IMG/VR virus record: IMGVR_UViG_3300030202_003905
Length of the DNA: 64,000 bases
Strand: one strand, 5' to 3'
Source: an uncultured virus (IMG/VR IMGVR_UViG_3300030202_003905)
Lineage: Duplodnaviria > Heunggongvirae > Uroviricota > Caudoviricetes
Below are positions 58,385 through 64,000 of the stretch, one piece after another. A program made the translations under genes and the position numbers. The notes below the pieces were generated by a model that did not search any database, was not told where the DNA came from, and was given only the letters and a program-made list of their open reading frames with translations. Numbering within the stretch: position 1 is the first letter of the stretch; each line of letters opens with the position of its first letter.

Positions 58385-59158
58385 ATGGCACGTTACGACG
58401 ATTTAATCAATAACCTTTTAGGTAAGTATATTATCGGAGAAGGCAACCGAGATGTAAGAGACAAAAAGAATAAACCCAAAAGATCCAAAGGCGCTCCGGA
58501 GCAGAAATTCGATAAAGACGAACCGGATGATGATGATACCACATTAAGGAAACATGGCCTTAAAGAAAATATTGAAGGTGTCGGTCTTGCAGGGATTATG
58601 GGAATGGGTGGTACTGGTGAAAAGTATGCACCTCCAGGATGGAGCTTTGTTCATGATGAAGATGCTGAAGAGCATGACAAAACAGGCCATCTTTCAGATA
58701 AAGAGCTATTAGCACAAGTTCGTAAAAGAGGAACAGCAGGTAAGGCTTTACTTGCACGTGCAAAAAGCGAAATCAGAAATCACAAAAGTATTACACCTGA
58801 AACAAGAGATGCATTAGCAAGAGATTTATATGCACCTTGGGCAGATGAAGATGAATCCCATAAAGAAAAGACTTTTGGCGGTAACAAAGGTGACAGAGTA
58901 CGTCGTTATAATAAAAAAACAGGACGTAAGAGCGAAGTAAGAGATTACGGTAGCGGTAGTCATCCTGAAGAGAGCGAAGAAAGACCTTCTGCGGGCCTGT
59001 CAAAAAAAAAGAAAAGCGCGGTAGCTAAGAAAGCCAGGGCTGGTGGCGACATAGGCAAAAAAGGAAAAGGTTTTGATAAAGTAGCTAAAGCAGCCGGTGG
59101 TGGTGAAAAAGGACAAAAGATAGCAGCTGCGGCAATGTGGAAAAACGTTAAGAGGTGA
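58385..59158 (+). CDS. Putative internal head protein, highly charged
   Basis: Late promoter 5 nt before ATG 58385; IIGE/LKE protease-site-like motifs; C-terminal KIAAAAMWKN. Confidence 0.55.
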   Translation: MARYDDLINNLLGKYIIGEGNRDVRDKKNKPKRSKGAPEQKFDKDEPDDDDTTLRKHGLKENIEGVGLAGIMGMGGTGEKYAPPGWSFVHDEDAEEHDKTGHLSDKELLAQVRKRGTAGKALLARAKSEIRNHKSITPETRDALARDLYAPWADEDESHKEKTFGGNKGDRVRRYNKKTGRKSEVRDYGSGSHPEESEERPSAGLSKKKKSAVAKKARAGGDIGKKGKGFDKVAKAAGGGEKGQKIAAAAMWKNVKR

Positions 59159-59517
59159 TATCGTTCGAAAAATTTTACCTAACAGAAGTAGGTAATGCAT
59201 CGGGGCATTTTGATAGAGTCAAAAATGGCCCCGATATTTTAGCTGTAGGTAGACCTCTAGGTAGTCTCAAAGCAGGGCAAGGAGGGTTTAAAGGAGGGGG
59301 AAATATTCACGTGCCAGATGTTTCTCAAATTAATATACCCACTGAATTATTAAAAGGTAAAAAATGTAAGCGTTGTGAAATGCTTAAAAAGAAGAAAAAT
59401 AAAAAGGATAGTGTAGCTCCTGATAAATTAGATGCACAAGCCGTAGTTGATGAACCAATGAAAAATACGCCTCAATTTATTTCTACTAATGCAGGAACCC
59501 AAGGCGGTTGGTATTAA
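59155..59517 (+). CDS. Putative internal head protein
   Basis: N-terminus MISFEKFYLTE resembles the T4 capsid-targeting sequence. Confidence 0.55.
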   Translation: MISFEKFYLTEVGNASGHFDRVKNGPDILAVGRPLGSLKAGQGGFKGGGNIHVPDVSQINIPTELLKGKKCKRCEMLKKKKNKKDSVAPDKLDAQAVVDEPMKNTPQFISTNAGTQGGWY

Positions 59518-60338
59518 GGTAAATTTAATTCTTGTCCAATTTGAAGTTTTTTAGGATTAACTCCAGGGTTAGCTTTTATTAAATCGTTTACATTAACTCT
59601 TTGAATATTTGCAATTTTAGTAAATGTATCGCCTTGTTTAACTATAACAGAAGTTTCTTCAGAATCTTTTTTGCCTTTAGATGGATCAACAAATTGTCTA
59701 TCTTTTAAAAATAAATCAAAGAACATTTTATTTCTTCTAGTTAACGGTTTACCTTGAGCAGATCTTTCATATTCTTTTACCATCCCATCAATATTATTAG
59801 CTAACGCTGCTCTCGTAAATTTCGGAAATTCTTTTACAAATTTAGGTCCTAAATTATATGCAAAATCTATAAACATTTGTTTTCTTTTCATATCTAGATT
59901 TTCATACTCTTTTCCTAATTTTTGCTTTACAATATTTTCAGCATTCATTAAATCTCTTTTAAGAAGATTTTCTGCATCACTATTAGATATTCCTTGAGAA
60001 TACCTTTCCGTTCTTCCAAGTTTATGACCATAAGCTATTGTATCTGTTCCGCCTTCATAGCTAGCATGTGGATACCACCTACCATTTTTAAAGCCTGTTT
60101 TACCGGCATTTTCTGCTGATTTAATATATTCAACAAATTCTCTATCCATTTTTGGATCCATCTCACCTATTGGTTTTTCTATAGCAGTATTGGCTACATC
60201 AGAAGCAGTTAAGTTATTAGCACCCACCATAGAACCTAAACCTATTGCTGCAGCTGCTCCAGCGCCTTTAATTATATCTTTCAATCCTTCTTCTTGAACT
60301 GTATAAGCTTCATAGATAAGATAATTATCTTTGTTCAT
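59514..60338 (-). CDS. GH24 (T4-lysozyme-like) muramidase with C-terminal LysM
   Basis: IKSAE...TIAYGH, DFAYNLG..FPKF, RRN; VKQGDTFTKIA...LIKANP...LQIGQELNLP. Confidence 0.85.
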   Translation of the reverse strand: MNKDNYLIYEAYTVQEEGLKDIIKGAGAAAAIGLGSMVGANNLTASDVANTAIEKPIGEMDPKMDREFVEYIKSAENAGKTGFKNGRWYPHASYEGGTDTIAYGHKLGRTERYSQGISNSDAENLLKRDLMNAENIVKQKLGKEYENLDMKRKQMFIDFAYNLGPKFVKEFPKFTRAALANNIDGMVKEYERSAQGKPLTRRNKMFFDLFLKDRQFVDPSKGKKDSEETSVIVKQGDTFTKIANIQRVNVNDLIKANPGVNPKKLQIGQELNLP

Positions 60339-60347
60339 TTAATATAT

Positions 60348-60827
60348 TTATTCCCACGGAAAGACTAACCATGATTTAGGATCAGTTATTTGAGAATAAT
60401 ATGTTGGTTTTACTCTTGGTTCATACGAATCATTCTTCTTCAAATATAGTACAGCAGTATCAAAATCGTAGGTAAGTTTGTTTCTATATTTGAGATATCC
60501 GAGGATCTTTTCTACTTCATATATTGTTTCTCCTCTATCTATTAGATCATCAATAACCAATATTCTTTTTCTGCCCTTTAAGTCACTCCAATTAATAGAT
60601 GTAATAAATTGAACATCATGAGCAAATTCATCAACATATGATTTTAATGATACTGTTAATACGTGTTTAATCTTTAAAGCTTTTGCTATTATGCAAGTAG
60701 GAACTAAACCACCATTTGCTATACCCAATATACAATCATAATCTTTTTCGGATGCTTTAATTTTTGATACTATATTGTCAGTATCTTTTTTAATATCGGT
60801 CCAAGTAAGTATAGTTTTTTCTGACAT
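60348..60827 (-). CDS. Type I phosphoribosyltransferase (xanthine-guanine PRT-like)
   Basis: IANGGLVP, ILVIDDLIDRGET, WLVFPWE; start set at 60827, 6 nt after TATCAT. Confidence 0.88.
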   Translation of the reverse strand: MSEKTILTWTDIKKDTDNIVSKIKASEKDYDCILGIANGGLVPTCIIAKALKIKHVLTVSLKSYVDEFAHDVQFITSINWSDLKGRKRILVIDDLIDRGETIYEVEKILGYLKYRNKLTYDFDTAVLYLKKNDSYEPRVKPTYYSQITDPKSWLVFPWE

Positions 60828-60831
60828 CAAC

Positions 60832-60978
60832 CTATGATAAAACACTAACCGGGGGTATCAAGACGTATTCTGGAGTTGTATCAAATTCATCTTTTGATTT
60901 GCAACCGGCAATTAATATTATCATAATTATCATTATACCTAAAATAATACCACACTCTTTTTTATCACATTTTTTCAT
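60832..60978 (-). CDS. Small lipoprotein (48 aa, not in ORF track)
   Basis: MKKCDKKECGIILGIMIIMIILIAGC lipobox; ATGA overlap with the upstream gene. Confidence 0.55.
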   Translation of the reverse strand: MKKCDKKECGIILGIMIIMIILIAGCKSKDEFDTTPEYVLIPPVSVLS

Positions 60979-61454
60979 ATCAACACAAAAAATATCGATT
61001 CTTTTTCGCTCTTGGATAGCTCTACTTCTTTGCCATCTTGAGGTTCTATAAATCTAACAGTTAGTTTATCGTCAACTTTTGTTACGATAATATTAATAGC
61101 ATGACCACCTCTTCCATCCCTTTCATACCAAATAACACCCACAGCTACAGATTGTTTTTTTGAATTGTCATCTTTATCAGTCTGAGCTTTAGAATGAACT
61201 ATTTGCATAAACACTCTAAAAGCTTCTGCGTAATTATCGCAATCGAATGTATGTCTCCATCCTAATATACCTCTCTTGAACAACCAATCTTTAAATCTTG
61301 AATATCCTTCGCCTTTAATATAGTCTAAAGAATAAAGAACATAATTGGCATCTGGAGCATGTATTATAGGAGTATTAATGCCTCCTTGTGCGTTGAGAAC
61401 TCGTGTGAGTTCTGATCTCGGTAATCTGGTCATTTCTGTATTAACTAATAACAA
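60975..61454 (-). CDS. Papain/transglutaminase-fold protein (MOA lectin C-terminal-like)
   Basis: FDCDNYA, GHAIN and FIEPQ give a Cys-His-Glu triad. Confidence 0.7.
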   Translation of the reverse strand: MLLVNTEMTRLPRSELTRVLNAQGGINTPIIHAPDANYVLYSLDYIKGEGYSRFKDWLFKRGILGWRHTFDCDNYAEAFRVFMQIVHSKAQTDKDDNSKKQSVAVGVIWYERDGRGGHAINIIVTKVDDKLTVRFIEPQDGKEVELSKSEKESIFFVLI

Positions 61455-61470
61455 ACTTTAAGTATTTAAT

Positions 61471-61496
61471 AAAAAAAGCGGCCATAAAGGCCGCTT
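61471..61496 (-). terminator. Rho-independent terminator
   Basis: AAGCGGCC/GGCCGCTT stem with an A7 run. Confidence 0.8.
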
Positions 61497-61517
61497 ACAA
61501 TATGATATGTACTATTA

Positions 61518-62036
61518 TTAGAGTGTAAAGTCTGTATAGCCTTTCAAAGGATTCTCTAAAGCATTTGTATCACCCGATACTGGATCAACACCAGCTTCAA
61601 TTCCAGCTGCTATAGCTTTTAAAACTTTAACTGCTTTGTCTTTATTTGCAATATTATCTTTAACATTAGCAGCATAAAAACCATTATATGCAGATAATCC
61701 TAAATCTAATGCACCAATAACAGCAGTATTAAAAGGTACAGGGACCTTTTCATTAATACCATCAGATAAATATTTTTTTACCACTGTAGGTTCTACTTTT
61801 CCGTCAGTTACTAAACCGTTAAGAATAGAAGCTGCGTCCGTAAAATACCCTCTTACTTTTTCTTTATCTTGAACTGTTGCAAGATAAGTTTTAGTAGAGA
61901 ATGTAACACCATTTTCAACAACAAGCAAAATAGTATTTAATTTTTTCTCCGCGGCTTGTTCGGGAGTTAAGTTTTCGTTGGAAGTACATCCAGTTAAAAA
62001 CAGAGCCAACAGGGGTAGTAAAAGTAAATTTCTCAT
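61518..62036 (-). CDS. Lipoprotein
   Basis: MRNLLLLPLLALFLTGC lipobox; late TAAATA upstream. Confidence 0.8.
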   Translation of the reverse strand: MRNLLLLPLLALFLTGCTSNENLTPEQAAEKKLNTILLVVENGVTFSTKTYLATVQDKEKVRGYFTDAASILNGLVTDGKVEPTVVKKYLSDGINEKVPVPFNTAVIGALDLGLSAYNGFYAANVKDNIANKDKAVKVLKAIAAGIEAGVDPVSGDTNALENPLKGYTDFTL

Positions 62037-62047
62037 ATCAAAAGTAT

Positions 62048-62353
62048 TTATCTAATATTGCTAGATAAACGCTGTTCTAGGTCAGCTAATTTAGATATCA
62101 CATTATCTATTTCAGCTGTATTCATACCTTTTTGTCTATGAGTTTTTAAAAATTCAATAATAGTTCCTGCGGTTGCCTTTTCTTTTGATATTGGTCCGTG
62201 GTCCTCTTCACCTTCTGAGGCTGCAGTGCTTCTATACTCTGCCGGAGTTAATCCTTGATTAGTATGCTGTTGGCTGTTACCCGTTTGCGCATCTTGGGTT
62301 TGTAAAGAATCAAACCCTTCTTGGTGGATAGTCCACAATTCGTCAAACTTCAT
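62048..62353 (-). CDS. Hypothetical protein, possibly internal head
   Basis: MKFDELW...E N-terminus; TAAATA upstream. Confidence 0.5.
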   Translation of the reverse strand: MKFDELWTIHQEGFDSLQTQDAQTGNSQQHTNQGLTPAEYRSTAASEGEEDHGPISKEKATAGTIIEFLKTHRQKGMNTAEIDNVISKLADLEQRLSSNIR

Positions 62354-63179
62354 AATTATATTTAGTCAAAGCACCATTAACAATCTTATCAAACATTTTA
62401 GTGTTATAGTTAATTGCATCCATTTGATCGTCAGTTATTTCAACATCAATTTGCTCAAATAGTTTTAATTTTGGTTTATCATCCATACCAAAATCACCAT
62501 TATAATAATTTTCTTCAATACCAACCGTAACCGGATTTGATGTATCAACAGATCTAATATTATAAATGTCATTCTTTCGATACCACGAAAACTCTCTTGC
62601 TAAAGAACAACCTAACAAGTGATGAGGTTTATCCCAATTCCAATGCCCTTCATCAATAAGTCTTTGCACTAGTTGTTGTCGTCCTGATGCGCATTTTTCT
62701 AGTATTGTTCTTCCCATACCTGTAACACCATACATACTAAAATCAAAACTAATTCCAATATAGTCAGCCCAAGTTGACATAAACTTATAACAATCTACTA
62801 CTTCTTGCCAACAGCTCCCTTGTACAACCCCAATAGCTTTACCCGGTACGTTATCAAAATTGGTCATAAAAGTTTCATACTTATGAATAGTAGAATAGCC
62901 ATCTTCTAAAACATCAGGTACAATATAAAAATTAGGTTTAATTATTCTAGCCCACTCTACATATTTTTCTGAATCAAAAGATTCACCTAACTCAAAAATT
63001 GAATTATCTAAAAGTATTTGACCATTAGGTCTTAGAGCTCTATATCTTTCAGTAAACCACTCTCTATATTTCTCTTGTTCTTCCAACAAGTGGACTAAAC
63101 AATATTGATAGTCATTAAACACTAACGACTCTTCTAAAATCGAAACTGGGCATTCATGTGAAACTAATGTTCTGTTCAT
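62343..63179 (-). CDS. TGT/DpdA-like TIM-barrel transglycosylase
   Basis: ILLDNSIFE, IVPDV, GVVQG, HHLLG and SVDTS line up with TGT-fold motifs; queF is in the same genome. Confidence 0.6.
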   Translation of the reverse strand: MNRTLVSHECPVSILEESLVFNDYQYCLVHLLEEQEKYREWFTERYRALRPNGQILLDNSIFELGESFDSEKYVEWARIIKPNFYIVPDVLEDGYSTIHKYETFMTNFDNVPGKAIGVVQGSCWQEVVDCYKFMSTWADYIGISFDFSMYGVTGMGRTILEKCASGRQQLVQRLIDEGHWNWDKPHHLLGCSLAREFSWYRKNDIYNIRSVDTSNPVTVGIEENYYNGDFGMDDKPKLKLFEQIDVEITDDQMDAINYNTKMFDKIVNGALTKYNYEV

Positions 63180-63209
63180 ACGTCTATTATAGATTAAAAC
63201 TGAATAACG

Positions 63210-63659
63210 TCAATTAGGAAAAGGCCATACATATTCTAGATCATCTTTTTCTTGAGGCCAAACTTGTCTATAAAAGTCAGGTTGTTTTTGAATTAGCCTA
63301 CTCCTATGCGATTGATGAATATCTTTTCTTCCTAACCATTTAGGGTATACATGGGGTTTATTTTTATTATAATGTGCACCTATTTTATGAAAACATGTGT
63401 CTTTATATCCTCTTTCTTTCCATGCTATACAAACATCTAATCCGTATTCTACTAAAGCATTAGAATAGTCGTGTTTATCTTTAATATACCACATATGTCT
63501 GCAAGGATGATTTTTCCATCCTTTGTAAGGTGTACCTTCCTTTGAAGCTTTGATTGAATTTAGGAGTTGTAAAACTTCAACTCTTTGTTTACCTAATCTT
63601 TTTTGATCAAGCACTTTAGCGCTTTTGTAAAAATTATTATAAGGCAAAAACGTTTGCAT
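63210..63659 (-). CDS. Pyrimidine dimer DNA glycosylase/endonuclease V-like (MSMEG_6728 family)
   Basis: MQTFLPY...LDQKRLGKQRVE, W.NHP...MW, HQSHRSRL..K. Confidence 0.85.
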   Translation of the reverse strand: MQTFLPYNNFYKSAKVLDQKRLGKQRVEVLQLLNSIKASKEGTPYKGWKNHPCRHMWYIKDKHDYSNALVEYGLDVCIAWKERGYKDTCFHKIGAHYNKNKPHVYPKWLGRKDIHQSHRSRLIQKQPDFYRQVWPQEKDDLEYVWPFPN

Positions 63660-63673
63660 TACCTTATTATAAA

Positions 63674-63994
63674 TTAATCCTCAAAATTTTCAATAGCATT
63701 CTGCTTCATGAATCTATTGTAAATTATTCTTCCTAGTTCCGCGGAGTATTTTCTAACTTTATATTCAGGTTCATCGAAAAAAAAGGCATGAGTAATTTCT
63801 TCAATAATAACGTTTAGTTTGCGCCTTTTTCCTAATGATTCGTCTACAATAATTTTTCTTTCGTTTGAAGAAGGATCATAACACCACCCATCCGCTCGTT
63901 CATCTATATCTATTGACTCAAAATAGATAGGTATTCTAATTCCATCCCATCTAGTAATATAATGTTGCGGCTTACGTTTCTTTTTTTTATTCAT
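63674..63994 (-). CDS. Zincin-fold-like small protein with degenerate HExxH
   Basis: ADGWC and VIIEEITHA, with Glu in place of the first His. Confidence 0.5.
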   Translation of the reverse strand: MNKKKKRKPQHYITRWDGIRIPIYFESIDIDERADGWCYDPSSNERKIIVDESLGKRRKLNVIIEEITHAFFFDEPEYKVRKYSAELGRIIYNRFMKQNAIENFED

Positions 63995-64000
63995 ACCCGA

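Noticed and set aside
1..64000. Stop-codon reassignment
   Set aside because: Conserved genes are full length in the standard code, end in TAA, TAG or TGA, and no suppressor tRNA is present in the window

Overview
This window is part of a large, AT-rich T4-like myovirus genome, with one 10-N assembly gap at 16791-16800. It holds the end of the tail sheath, the tail tube and baseplate genes, a reversed head module (gp13, gp4, gp21, gp22, gp23), class II ribonucleotide reductase, three tRNAs, Hsp20, dCMP deaminase, QueF and a TGT/DpdA-like gene. It also carries an unusually large glycan toolkit: RmlA, an HldE-type heptose kinase, many glycosyltransferases, FkbM methyltransferases, sulfotransferases and a SemiSWEET. 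The main candidate novel system is at 38.6-57.3 kb. Four late-promoter-driven, threonine-rich mucin-like genes (one of 2751 aa ending in a MAM domain) sit next to two tandem GT60-type polypeptide GlcNAc transferases and an FkbM/glycosyltransferase fusion, which suggests a phage-encoded mucin-type O-glycosylation or virion glycocalyx system. Other signals are near-universal leaderless promoter architecture (TAAATA or TATAAT 5-7 nt before start codons), two late-promoter-linked long hairpin RNA candidates, and a probable 7-deazaguanine DNA modification pathway. All family assignments come from recognising motifs by eye; no database search was run.
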